A stretch of 64,000 nucleotides of DNA from the human T2T-CHM13v2.0 reference genome, Homo sapiens (GCF_009914755.1 NC_060934.1), one strand, 5' to 3'. Counted from the stretch's first letter, positions 35,611-48,802 are shown. A program made the numbers and translations. The notes: generated from the letters alone by a model not told the origin.

Positions 35611-38572
35611 GTCTACATACAAGCTGCCAAATTAGTAACGCACAACAAAAATTCCACATTCAGCTTCCTCCAGTGTCAGGTTCTTTCTCTCACCTGGATA
35701 TAGGATAACCTTAACCTCTCAAGTTATCTTGTAAGTCCTTGAGCTTTTGAGGAAGAAAATACCCTCCACTTGCACATAAATCATTTGAGTGTTTAATGAA
35801 TTTGATTATATCTTAAGGAACAGGAGCAATGTCATTGATACTCCAAAAGATTATTTTCCTAGTAGTTCATTGCTTGTTTTTAAATTCAGGAATGACCAAT
35901 GTCCAGATAATTTTTAAAAAATTAGGAAAAGGAAAGGAAGCTAACATTTATTGTGTAACTTCTTTTGGACATATGCACACTCTACTAGATATGTTAGTTA
36001 TACAGTTTAACTCCTAAGTCCAAACTGCACACACTTTAGATATTCTACAGAGGAGCATAAAACTCTCTGGGTTCTCACCATAAAAGTTTCCTTTAATATA
36101 GTCTTCTGCAGTAAGTTTCCTGGGGGGTATATCTTATATTTCTAATATTAGACATATATAAGTTAATAATAAATATGCCTTAAATTGATGTTTTTCTGAC
36201 TGCAAAAGTAATATATAAATGTAGAAAATACCATAGGATTATATGGCTTAAAATTGATAATTTCCTAAAAGTTACCCTTCACCCCACAAGATAAGCACTG
36301 TTAACAGCCAGGTAAACTATTTCTTAACTTGCATACTAGCACCCTTTACTTTTTGACTCTTGCTTTCCCTTCCCCTTTCCTGGCTCACACTTTGTTATCA
36401 CACTTCTCCCTATAGTGGGTATCCACCCTTTGTGTCTGTCTAGCACCATCATTTTCCTCAGATAACATTCTTCTCTCATGTAAATCATGCATTCTTGACA
36501 TGGACTGCCAACCACAGAACTCTATTTCCCTAAGCACAGCAAACGGACTGAATTAGTTGTATGGCTATCTCTGGGCACATCACCATGGCCATGACAATGG
36601 AGGACCATGACTGGACAGACTCATGTCACAATTTAGAACATCCACAAGAATGTTCCTGGCCAAAAGCCCAGTTCTTACAAAATAGGAAGTGGTCTATTCA
36701 TCAGACCTGCATGGATCTCAGTGAAGGTCAAATTTAAACCATCTCACACCAATTCCAATTGGAATCTATTTATTACTTAAAGTCTCCTGAGAAACAGATG
36801 GCAGAGATATCCTCCCTCAGCCACTATCCATATATCCCAATCTGACAGAACTGACACCTGGAGTTAAAGACAGATCTGTTGCTTTGCAATACTCTGATTT
36901 ATTTCTGATGACAATACGGCATTTACCTACCACAGGCAATGAAAAGGAGAATTTCACTTCTTTTCCAGTCTCCTGCTAACTCTTTTTGGTGCTCTGGGTA
37001 GATGACTGTGGTCAATTGCCTCCAACAGAAAATGCCTGTTGCCTCAGTCACTAATTCCAAAGACTAATGTTGACATTCTATTCTGAGGCATCCTCATCTC
37101 ATATAAGGACATATCCTTGTTTGGGGGCAAAAAAATCAAATGTGCAAGAGATAAAGCAATATGAATGACCCAAAGCAACAGCATTTCCAATGACATATTT
37201 TACTGCTAATAACTTCAGAATATATCTTCCATCCTAGAAAAAAAATACCCCCATTCCATTACTTCCCCCAAATAATTGTTATTTATAAAATGAGGCTAGG
37301 ATGTCATAAAATTAGCATTTACAGCTAGATGAAATCTTAAAAGATAAGGCTCTGGCTCAGAGCCCCATCCATAAAGTGCCAAGCTAGCATTGTTCAAATG
37401 TTCTCTACTTCCTAGGAAGCAGATTCATGCATAATTGCATACGGCTAAAAGACAAGGCCTATACAGTACGAGGTGAGTTTCTGCAGCAAATTTCTTCCTT
37501 ATTCCTGGGATTGTGCTCCCAAATTTCTCAGCTTTGAATGTTCTCAGAATTTATTTGACAGTGGCAGAGAAGAAAATAGACTTCATAGAATAATAGTGAG
37601 CAAAGAGTCTTTGACTTCAATTCACCAAGATTGGCTTAATCAAAAACAGAAAAAAAAAATGAGATGAAAAAGTAAAGCCATCTGGTTTGAATATTATTGA
37701 GGTATTCCTATGTGTCTGGCACCTAGGAAGTGCTCAGAAAACTAGCTGTTGTGAGGATTCAATAACACAACATGTATAACTGCTGGACACATATGTCTGA
37801 CAGGTACAAAAGGCTCAGCAAACATTTGTTCCCCAATATCCCATCACCACTACTCCATTTATGCTCCTGCCTCTTCTTCTCCCTAGAATTCTGTCTCCCC
37901 TGTCATTTCTACTAGTCAAACTCCTATGGCTCTTCAAGGATTAACTTAGATAAAACTTCCTTCAAGAACACCCTCTCAAGCAAACTACTCATAGTATCTC
38001 CTTCCTATACATTGGTACATTTCTGGTACCTTTTTTTTAAATAAAATTTATCATCTTCCCAGTGTATTATAAGTTCATTGGAAATTTTAAAAGCCAGTTG
38101 TATTCCTACTGAAGACATCTAACATCATATGTGCCAGAGCCAGAATTCGGACTCAGGTGTGTCTAATTCTTGAACTTCACTTTTCCATATTATGCTACCT
38201 TTCATATTATGAAGGCATGACCCAAATAAAAGAGTAGCTCAGTTTATTCATCCTTCTCTCCAACTTAGATGTGGAGAGAAAATCACACCTTATCTCTCTT
38301 CCAGTTTCTCTTCCTTCATTTCTTTCTGAGTACACTAAGGAAGCCACCCCTACTGAGCCTGAAATTAGAAGTCAAATACTGCTCTGCCTTGTCTCTCATC
38401 CCATTCCTCTCAGTGACAGTTTAATGGCATGCTGTTAATAAGTCACAGACAGATTCCTGTGGTCAACAATGGAATACCTATTTTTAATCAGAGGCACAAG
38501 GCTAAGTAACATGTTTTAACCATCAAGCATACTGTATTAGTTAGGGCTCTCTAGAGAGACAGAACTAATAGG

Positions 38573-38624
<52 letters not shown>
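38573..38624 (+). repeat. Perfect (AGAT)13 microsatellite in the 3' LTR
   Basis: Thirteen uninterrupted AGAT units. Confidence 0.97.
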
Positions 38625-38627
<3 letters not shown>

Positions 38628-39519
38628 GTTTATTAAGTATTAACATACATGATCATGGGGTCCCAAAATAGGCTGTCTGCAAGCTTGAGGAGCTAGGAGG
38701 GCTGGTCCTAGTCTCAGGTTTAACTCAGTTTAACTCCTGAGTTTAACTCTTAACTCTTCTCCTAACTGAAGAAGTTGGAGTTCAATATTCGAGGGCAGGA
38801 AGCATCCAGCATGGGAGAAAGATGTAGGCTGGGAGGCCTGGGAGCTGATCAGGTGGTGCCCTCCAGATTAAGAGTGAGTCTGCCTTCCCCAGCCCACTGA
38901 CTCAAATGTTAATCTCCTTTGGCACCCTCAGAGACACACCCAGGATCAATACTTTGTATCCTTCAATCTAATCAAATTGACACTCAGTATCAACCATCAC
39001 AAGCCCACCCCTTGTCAACTTGAATTCATACACATCTCCTGAGATCATACATAATCTTCAAATAAAGATAATAATAAGGTCATAATTATGCCTAACATAA
39101 ATTAACTATTTTTTGTACAACTGGAAATGAACCAATCCCCAACCCAAATACTATTACATAAAGTTAACAATACTTACATGTTGATGTGAAGTCAGTAAAT
39201 CTTATGTCACATGATATAGCAGAAATGAAACAAAATGAAGATATTTTCTTAGTAGAAGGGTATACATGCACAAACATGTTTTTAACAAACGGAGGAGGAA
39301 ATACTCATGACAATTACAGTCCTCGTTTCTGCAGCTGGTCATGTGGACATAGCTGGTATTGATGACTACCTTCTTCTACTACCCATTCTGTATTCCCTTT
39401 GCCTTCAGCAAGCACCTCAGCAGGTCGTGTTTTTTTCCTGGTAGAATGACCTAAACCTTCATTCCTGAAGGGTCTGGGTTATTTGTAGTCTTGCCTGGAT
39501 TGGGCTGTTGTAGTTTCCC

Positions 39520-39790
39520 ATTGACCTGAATCATAGGGCATGGTAATACTAAGAGATGCCCTAATGGATCTCTTGTATTCCACACATACTCTTCCTTACC
39601 TCCGTTGTGGAATAGTAGACTGATTTCATCTTACTAGTCCAGGTCAATCGCCCCAGCCAACACTGTAACTCCCTTCTTAGCCTGTTGACTTAAAGGTAGG
39701 AGGAGCCCAAAGTGTCCAGGTGGCAATCTTAACTTCCAGTTTAATAGAATTGTGTGTCTCCTGGGGACAGCATTCATCCCTCTATAACTA
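39520..39790 (-). pseudogene. HERV-L dUTPase remnant
   Basis: Translates LNWKLRLPPGHFGLLLPLSQQAKKGVTVLAGAIDLD**DEISLLFHNGG. Confidence 0.8.
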
Positions 39791-42700
39791 AGACCCCTAG
39801 GCCAGCAGAACATAATGCCGCAGGAACAGGAGGCAAAAATTTTGCCAGTGGATCACTAGGGGTGATGGTGAGTGGTGCCACTTCCACTTCCACCCCTTGA
39901 TTCCTGGACCCGTAAATCATAGCTATGAGAGAAAGAGTACCATATATTGAATGCTGATTCAGAGCATACATGGCTCGCTGGAGAATTTTGCCCCAGCCCT
40001 GCAAAATATTGTCACCTATTTGGCTTTGTAATGGTGACTTCAAAAGGGATTCCACCATTCTATCCAGCTGCTTCCGGATGATGGGGAACATGGTAAGAAC
40101 AGTAAATTCCATGAGCATGGGCCCACTGCTGCATTTCTTTAGCCATTAAGTGAGTGCCTTGGTCAGAGGCAATGCTGTGTGGAATACCATGATGGTGGAG
40201 AAGGCATTCCGTGAGTTCACGGATAGTAGTCATGGCAGAAGCATCACATGCAGGATACGCAAACCAATATCTGGAGTAAGTGTATATTTCAGTGAGGACA
40301 AACCTCTGCCCTTTCCATCATGGAAGAGGTTCAATATAATCAACCTGCCACCAGATAGCTGGCTGATCACCCTCAGGAATGGTGCCATATTGAGGGCTCA
40401 TTGTTGGTTTCTGCTGCTGGCAAATGGGCACTCAGCAGTGGCTGTACCCAAGTATGCCTTGGTGAGTGGAAGTCCATGTTGCTGAGCCCATGCATAACCT
40501 CCATCCCTGCCACCATGACCACTTTGTCCATGGGCCCATTGGGCAACAACAGAGGTGGCTGGGGAAAGAGGCTGAGTGGTGTCCACAGAATGGGTCATCC
40601 TATCCACTTAATTATTAAAATCCTCCTTGGGTCAGGTCACCTGTTGGTGAGAACTCACATGCTCAAATATCTTCACAGCTTTTGATTACTCAGAGAAGTC
40701 CATACTCTGAGTCCATACCTCCTCCCCAAATTTCTTTATCACCAATTTTCCAATCATGCTTCTTCCAAGTCCCTGATCATCCAGCCAAACCATTGGCTAC
40801 AGCCCATGAATCAGTATATAACCACACATCTGCCCATTTCTCCTTCCACGCAAAGTGTACAACAAGTTGCACTGCTTGAAGTTCTGCTCACTGGAAAGAT
40901 TTCCCTTCACTGCTCTCCTTAAGAGATGTCCTAGAAAGGGGCTGTAGTGCTACAGCTGTCCACTTTTGGGTGGTGCCTACATATCATGCAGAACCATCTG
41001 TGAACCAGGGCCTAGTCCTCTCTTCCTCTGTCAACAGATCGTAGGGAACTCCCCATGAGGCCATTTGGTGTAGGCTGGAGAGAAGGCAGGGTTGCAGGAG
41101 TAAAGACCATAGGCATTTGGGCCACTTCCTCATGTAACTTACCTATGCCTTCAAGACCTGCTCAAAACTGATCACATACATACCACTTCCATTTCATGAT
41201 GGAATGCTGCTGTGCACAACCCACTTTATGACTAGATGGGACAGAAAGCACCCAGTCCATGATAGGCAGTTCAGGTCACATGGTGACTTGATGACCCATA
41301 GTTAAATGTTCAGTTTCCACCAAAGCCCAGTAACAGGCCAAGGGCGGTCTCTCAAAAGGAGAGTAGTTATCTGCAGAAGATGGCAGGGCCTTGCTCCAAA
41401 ATCCTAGAGGCCTCCACTATGATTCACCTATGGGGGCCTGCCAAAGTCTCTAAACAGCATCCCTATCTGCCACTAATGCCTCAAGCACCATTGGATCTGC
41501 TGGGTCATATGGCCCAGTGGCAGAGCAGCTTGCATAGCGGCTTGGACCTGTTGCAAAGCCTTCTCCTGTTGTGAACCACACTCAAAACTGGCAGCCTTTC
41601 GGGTCACTCAATAAATGTGCCAGAGTAACATAACCAAATGAGGAACATGTTGCCTCCAAAATCCAAATAGGCCCACTAGGTGTTCTGCCTCTTTCTTGGT
41701 TGTAGGAGGGGCCAAATGCAGCAACTTATCCTTCACCTTAGAAAGAATATCTCTACAGGCCCCACACAACAAGACCCCCAGAAATTTTACTGAGGTAGAA
41801 GTTCCCTGAATTTTATTCAGATTTATTTACCATCCTCTGGCATACAAATGTCTCACCAGTAAGTCCAGTGTGTTTGCTACTTCTTCCTCACTGGATCCAA
41901 TCAGCATAATGTCATTAATGTAATGGACCAGTGTGATATCTTGCGGAAGCAAAAGGCAATCAAGGTCTCTCCGAGGAAGACTATAACACAAAGCCAGAGA
42001 GTTTACACACCCCTGAGGTAGGACAGTAAAGGTATATTGCTGGCCTTGCCAGCTGAAGACAAATTGCTTCTGGTGGGCCTTGTGGACAGGAATGGAGTAA
42101 AGGCATTTGCCAAATCAATGGCTGCATACCAGGTACCAGGAGATGCGTCAATTTGCTCAAGTAATGAAACCACATCTAGTACAGCAGCTGTAATTGGAGT
42201 CACCACTTGGTTACACTTACGATAATCCACTGTCATTCTCCAAGATCCATCTGTCTTCTGCACAAGCCAAATGGGAGAATTGAAAAGGGATGTGGTGGGA
42301 ATCACCACCCCTGCACTTTTCAAGGCCTTGATGATGGCACTAATTTCCGCAATCCCTCTAGGGAATGACAGGTTCTTGATTTACTATTTTCCTAGGTAAA
42401 GAAAGCTGTAATGGCTTCCATTTGGCCTTTCCCTCCATAATAGGCCTCACCCTATCAGTCAGGGAGCCAATGCGGGGGTTCTGCCAGCTGCCAAGTGTAT
42501 CTATGCCAATTATGCATTCTGGCACTGGGAAAATGACCACAGGATGAGTCCAGGGACCCACCGGACCCACTGTAAGTCAGACCTGAGCTAAAACTCCATA
42601 AATCACTGGATCTCCATAAACCCTTACTTTAACTGGAGGACCAGTATGATGTTTTGGGTTTCCTAGAATCAATGTCAGTTCAGAGCCAGTGTCCAGTAGT

Positions 42701-42855
42701 CTCCAAAATGTCTGATCATTTCCCTTTCCCCAGTGCACAGTTACCCTGGTAAAAGGCAGGAGGTCTCCTTGGAGAAGGACAGGAGAAAGATTCACTGCAT
42801 GAATTCTTGGTAATATAGTGGGGTCCTTCCTTAAGGTGACTTGCCTCCCCTTCAT
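39774..42855 (-). pseudogene. HERV-L pro-pol remnant (protease, RT/RNase H, integrase), frameshifted
   Basis: Protease LLDTGSELTLI; [31 protein letters not shown] and HYINDIMLIG (YIDD changed to YIND); integrase zinc finger WAHGQSGHGG...AECPFA. Confidence 0.92.
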
Positions 42856-42859
42856 TCAA

Positions 42860-44590
42860 AGGGTTCTGGGTCTATAAACTGGCTCAAGTCTGGATATTGA
42901 TTGAGGAGACTTGATTCTCTGTTTTTATAATTCAAATTAGTCTTTTGTCCGTTCAACTTAGAAGTTTTCTGCTTATATAAATTAAGTAGAAATGCAGTAG
43001 GCTTCCAATCAATTTCACTTCTAGGAACACTGTGATTAATTAGTCAATGCCAGAGCTCTACACCAATCAGACTATTCTGATTGCTGCTTTGTCTCTGCTG
43101 TCCATTACAGTAGCTACACCCACCTTGCCTTTGATGATTAAGTGCCACCATGTGGCCCCTGACACCTCAGGATCTAATTATTCCCATTGTATTTACATTT
43201 TTACTTGAGTGACTGAGGTTCCCACTGTTAGATCTGACATATAGAGAAGAGCAACTACAGGGCTTCTCAAAGATGCAGGTGCTGCCATCACAAATCTATT
43301 TCACAAGGCATTGGTCAAGGGTATATCTTCTGGACCCTCCTACCTGGGATGAGTAGATCTAAGTTGACTAATCCTCTCCACCATCCCACTCTCCCTAAAC
43401 CTTTGGATCCCTTCCTCTACATTAAACCAAGGGACATTAGACATTTCTAGCTCACTCACAGTGGGCCATCTTTTAATCCATATTTCTGCTAATCAAGCAA
43501 ATAAACTATTAGAACCTTTTTTAACTCCTCAAGCTGCAACATTAGAAGCAGAGTCTCTACTTAGTGGGCTCAAATCAATAAATCGGCCTGATGCAAATCT
43601 ATGTTCCTTTCACCATTATCCCATACCCTTAATATCCATTCCCATGCCTGTTCTCCAGATTTATGTTTATATACATTAGAGAACTCACGTAGTTCTTTTC
43701 GAGTGTAGTGCACCTTGTCATGGGTCACACTCTCAACCTCACCTCTAGGGTCCCCCCGAGGCTTCAGTTATTGGTCTAGGAGCAAACAGGGGTGTTGAGG
43801 GTGGCTCCTGAGAAGAATCAACATTATTTTGCTTGGCAACTGCCTCAGGGGAGGCCATCACTGTCACCTCAGGCAGCACGGGATTTATCTCCCCAGACAA
43901 AGATGGAAAGGCTGATGGCAGCATGGGTCAGGGAGGGGACATTGCCACTACTGGGGATGGGGAAGCTATTTATTCTGGCAAAAAAGGTTCACCAGGGTTA
44001 ACAAACTCAGTGTCCCCAGCTTCATCAGGGTCCTCCCACAAGTCCCCATGCCATGTTGCAGGGTCCCATTCTTTTCCAATCAATGCCCTCACTTTAACAG
44101 CAGACACCTGGCAAGACCGTGCATGCACCTTTCATTGCAGGTCAGCCACTCGCATAATAAGAGCTTGTGTCTGTTTCTTCACAGTTTCAGCTCTTTCTCT
44201 ACAGGAAATAAGACTCTCACTCAGGGCAATCTTAGCAGATCTGAGGCTCAGTATCTGCTTCTGAAGCCAGGAGACAGAATCCCTGAGTTCATCATTTTAT
44301 TTCATCACTTTGTCCAGTGAACTTAGGAGCAACCAACCAGCTTCATTATGTTCCTTGGTTCTCCACATATGGTCAAAGGTATTATGTATAGAGTCACTAA
44401 ACTCCTTGCCTCTCACAAGCAGTGAATCAGGAGTGTCAAATGCATTTATTTTACATAACTCCCTAAACAGTTCACGCCAAGAACTATCAGTGTTCTCCAT
44501 ACTAATAAAAGTAGAGTCCTTAGCATTTTGGGGTCTAATCATATTAAGCAGCCAACTCCAGAAACCCCAAAACCAACGAAAAAACTCCAT
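42860..44590 (-). pseudogene. HERV-L gag remnant
   Basis: FWSWLLNMIRPQNAKDS...WRELFRELCKINAFDTPDS resembles the ERV-L Gag N-terminus. Multiple stops. Confidence 0.85.
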
Positions 44591-44699
44591 CCTTAATATT
44601 CTATTTTTCTAGAACCACTCCTGGCACCAAAATCTGTAATAGCGTTCTCTAGAGGGACAGAACTAATAAGATATATATAAAGGGGAGTGTATTAAGTAT

Positions 44700-45035
44700 T
44701 AACTTACATGATCACAAGGTCCCACAATAGGCTATCTGCAAGCTGAGGAGCTAGGAGAGCCAGTCTGAGTCCCAAAACTGAAGAACTTGGAGTCTGATGT
44801 TTGAGGGCAGGAAGCATCTAGCACAGGAGAAGGATGGAGGCCGGGAGGCTAAGCCAGTCTAACCTTTTCACATTTTTCTGCCTGCTTTATATTTTCTGGT
44901 GGCTGATTATATGGTGCCCACCAGATTAAGGGTGGGTTTACCTTCCCCAGCTCACTGACTCAAATGTAAATCTCTTTTGGCAATACCCTCACAGACACAC
45001 CCAGGATCAATGCTTTGTATCCTTCAATCCAATCA
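44700..45035 (-). promoter_or_regulatory. MLT2A 5' LTR promoter: DUX4-type motif, TATA box and splice donor
   Basis: CAATCCAATCA at 45025-45035, TATAAA at 44891-44886, and donor CAT|GTAAGT at 44708/44707. Confidence 0.6.
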
Positions 45036-45334
45036 AGTTGACACCCAGTATTAACAATCATACCTACCTTTTAGTATGTATATTGAAGTATTCCATACAA
45101 TGTACACTGATAATAGAAGCATCAATGTCATTTTAACTTATATTTCATACAAAATAATCTGCCCATCTCTTTCCAATGATGTAGAAAATATGACTCTCTG
45201 ATCATAAATGAATGAAATAGTTCAATCTGTTCCACTATTCTGGTAGAGCTATGCAATGTGCCTATGAAAAAGTTGATTAATTCCTGAGCAACATTTAGGA
45301 TAATAATATCTAAATTGAGGTAAGTGATGATTAT

Positions 45335-45840
45335 ACTATATCCTGCACTGGTCAGACCACATGAGTAATATGTCGTGGAAATCAAATTTTAAGACAGACA
45401 TAGAAAAACAAAAAATCCAGAGGGGAGCTGAAGGTACTGAACTACTAAATGGTACCACTGAAGGTACTGAGTAGCCTTTGAACCATGCCAATTATAATGA
45501 ATAAAGGGGGAACTAAAGAAGAAAAAGAGATGCCTCAGAAGGATGTCTCTTGTCCCCAAAAGTCTGTATTATTATAAAAGAGAGACCAGGAATGCACTGT
45601 GTTACTCTAAAATGTAAAGCAAAGATTAGGGAGGAGAAGTCTCAAAGGAAGCTGATCTTACAGAACTGTCATCTCATAGTAAGAATGCCTTCTGCAGTTC
45701 ACGAAAGGATCCTAACCATCAGACCCAACCAAAACATAAGAGACTTCCTGTTCACCAGTAAGCTTCCACCTCTTTAGAGTCTCACAGGAGAGCTTCCTTG
45801 AAGCAATTGTCCCCTAAGATCCCTTCTAATTTGCATATTC
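45335..45840 (+). mobile_element. L3/CR1 LINE fragment
   Basis: CTGCACTGGTCAGACCACAT...TTTTAAGACAGACATAGA...TCCAGAGG. Confidence 0.65.
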
Positions 45841-46186
45841 TCCAAAACTGGCTCAACCTTGGCTCCAATTCACCAGCTTCTGCCCAGCTCAGCCTCTGAG
45901 ATGGCCACAGAAGAAGCAATAGCAGCAGGTGAAGTGGTGAGCAGAGGCACAGCTGAAGCAGAGCCTCTCCGCATACTTTAATGGGTCTTGACAAAAGTTC
46001 CTGGGTCCTTTATCCTTTCCAAATCCTGTTACCAAGGCAACTTCTTGCTGTAACTGTGAAAGCAGACAGCCCTACATGAAATTATGACCACTTTATTCTT
46101 AGAACAAAATGATTTGAATGATCAGAGCTCACAGCTTGTTTTACACAAAGTGAGACACAAGCTAAGTGGTTCCTCTCAGAAAACAA

Positions 46187-46229
46187 GTGTGTGTGTGTGT
46201 GTGTGTGTGTGCACGTGCATGCACGTGTA
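46187..46229 (+). repeat. (GT)12 followed by palindrome CACGTGCATGCACGTG; alternating purine-pyrimidine tract
   Basis: Read directly from the sequence. Confidence 0.9.
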
Positions 46230-46389
46230 AAATCTCCAGCCTCAAGTTGCACCATTAGAAATTTGTTGTATCAAGTTATGCTAATGTTTCTATCACAATG
46301 AACAAGACCACTGGCAAAGATAAGAAATTAAGTCACAAACATCAATGTGACTAAACTTGACATACTCTTTCTAATGTGAATAAAGTCAA

Positions 46390-46650
46390 AATAGGATAAT
46401 GGTTAAGTGCTTATCTTTTCAGGTGAGATTACCTGATTTCAAACTTGAAGTCTGCCACTTACAAGCTGTGTGGTCTTTTGTCTTTGACGGGTTATTAAAC
46501 ATCTTTGCCATTTAGGATCATCAGTGTAAGATAAAAATAATACCTCTTCTTCGAGTTTCTGGGTAAATAAATGAATTAATATAAATATATAAATTATTTA
46601 GAATGTATCTGGCATATAGTAAGCTATATAAGTGTTAGCTATTGTTGTAA
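46390..46650. mobile_element. MIR
   Basis: TCTGCCACTTACAAGCTGTGTG...TCTGGCATATAGTAAGC...TGTTAGCTATT. Confidence 0.7.
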
Positions 46651-48454
46651 TAGTGAAAATAATGCTGCTACTGCTGATGATGATGACAGAGACCAGGAAG
46701 CAGTGAAGAGAAGATACTAGGAGCCCTAAGATTTTTGCCTGGGTACATAGACAACTAAGTCAAGGAAAAAGGAATTGACTTTTACTAAGTGCCTATGCGC
46801 TCAGTAATAAGCCATTAGAGACGTTAGAGCCTCAATTACCAAGAAGGGACAGAAACCTTTTGGATGACAGAATGTTAGGAAATTTCTGGACCTTGTGATT
46901 TCTGACAAGACATGAAAGCATAGTCATGAGCATCTCCAGCTTAGGACAAAAGCAGATGTTCTCAAGCTGACACAAAGGAAATGCAAGGAGAAAACTCCTC
47001 CTAGAACAAGATTTTGCTACTTATTCCCTCACAATTATGCCCCTTTCCAAGTTATTAACCCCTTTTCACATGACAGGAGGTGGAGGAGGCACTGCTAAGA
47101 GAGGTGGAAGAAGTCAGCCTCCCACTAATATGTTTCCTTTCTTCCGTATTTTCCTTGTATACACTCGCTACCTGGCACTATCTGGTACCTCAAAAGCATC
47201 TGAGCTTTCTAAGCATCTTGGTACTTGTAGCAAATCAGATCAGACAAATATAAGCAATTAAACAGCTCCTACCTATATATCAACACTTATCAGCCAAATG
47301 AATGTCACTTATCATCTGGTGACTCTGTTTGGTAGAGAGGACTACAGGGATGGAGACTATCACACTGCTTACTCCCACAGAAGCTTGGATTTTCAAATTC
47401 AGTTGCTTAACTAAGTGGCCTTCAGATTCTAACTTCTTATATTAGAAGCTCCTCTTTCCTCAACTCTACTGTCAGCTGCCCTGTAGACTGAAAGGTCACC
47501 AAATTGCCCAATATCCATCATCTTTCCAGGCCTCTTGAAGCTGGAGGACAAGTGTGGTTTTTGGTGCTCGCTGAGAAAACAGCAATGTGAGTCCTTATAG
47601 TCTTTTTTCCAAGAACAGACATGTATCTAGCATTATAGCCTCGAATACTCTACTCAGTGATATGGCTGCTTCTGAAGTAGCTGCTCCCTTGAGTCACACA
47701 AGGAAGCATGAAGAAAAGATAGAACTTGACACTGAAGTTTCACCTTGCACAATGACGGCTCCCTCATGTCGCTCATAATGAAGTATTCCTCTCCTCCTTT
47801 TACCCCAGTTGTAATGTGCATATATTTCTATTAAAATACTCATAACCTGTGGTACTTCTTTATGAATATTACTTGTCTCTATGTATAAGACAATGAGCCT
47901 TTGGAAAGGAAGCATAGATACTGTCATGTTCATCTACTATTTTGTCTGATACATAGTAGGTCCTCAATAAACATTTGTTGGATTGAATATATTTACATTA
48001 TGAGGTTCATTTTAGAAAAGGTTAAGGAAAATGCAATAGCCACTAGTAATTACAGAAGTTAGCACTGATATGAAAACAATAAGACAAGCTTTTGTTTTTT
48101 CACAGGCATGAAAGTCCAAAGTAAATAGACTATCTTTTCTCTTCTTGGATCCATCTACATACATGTAATAAGACCAACTATGTACCAGGAACTATGGGAT
48201 TCTGTTGCCTTCATCTCTTTTCTCTCACAGGGGCTCTCCCTGCTCCCTGCCAAGGTGGTGGTGTCTGTGTGGTAGAAGGGAAGAGCGAGTTGGGGCTGCA
48301 CAGGCACAATCTGGAAATGACCAGAATAAAAATGCCCCAGCCCAACCAGCAAGCAGGACTCCCCAATCAGATTTTTATTTCTAGGCAATGCTGCTAGGGA
48401 AAAACTCTTTCCCCTGGAGAAATCAAACAAAAACACAGCTTGGAATGATTCATA

Positions 48455-48626
48455 CAAAGGTTCTCAAACTTAGCTGTACTTTTTAAATCATCTGGGAAGC
48501 TTTAAAAACCTACTTATGCCTGGGCCCCAATTAAATCCAAACATCTTGGGGTAGAACCAAGGCACTTATAGTTTTTAAAAGCTCCCAAAGTGATTCTAAT
48601 GTGTAGCCAGGGTTGAGAATTACTGA
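48455..48626. mobile_element. MER5A
   Basis: GGTTCTCAAACTT...GCCAGGGTTGAGAATTACTG. Confidence 0.8.
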
Positions 48627-48802
48627 TTTACACAGTCCTGCTCTTCATATGCAGGTTAGGCTTGTGGTTACAGTTACTTAGCTGCTCACCTGTCTGCACT
48701 AATATATACACTACTATGCTTTGCTGCTGGGAAAGAAATATGGCAAGGATGAAAACCAGTTCTCTCGGTAAACACCTGGTTCTATTAAGATGTCCAGCTG
48801 GT

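Larger units (their letters stand above)
38533..45062 (-). mobile_element. Near full-length HERV-L provirus with MLT2A LTRs
   Basis: LTRs at 38533-39001 and 44635-45062; TSD CATAC/CCTAC; PBS TGGTGCCAGGAGTGG; PPT next to 39001; 5.6-kb internal region with gag, pro, RT, IN and dUTPase remnants. Confidence 0.96.

Noticed and set aside
39774-44590. HERV-L gag/pol as a domesticated intact gene
   Set aside because: Many stops and frameshifts, and the RT catalytic motif is YIND.
43833-44612. Plus-strand ORFs of 143 and 100 aa
   Set aside because: Antisense to HERV-L gag, with no independent gene signals.
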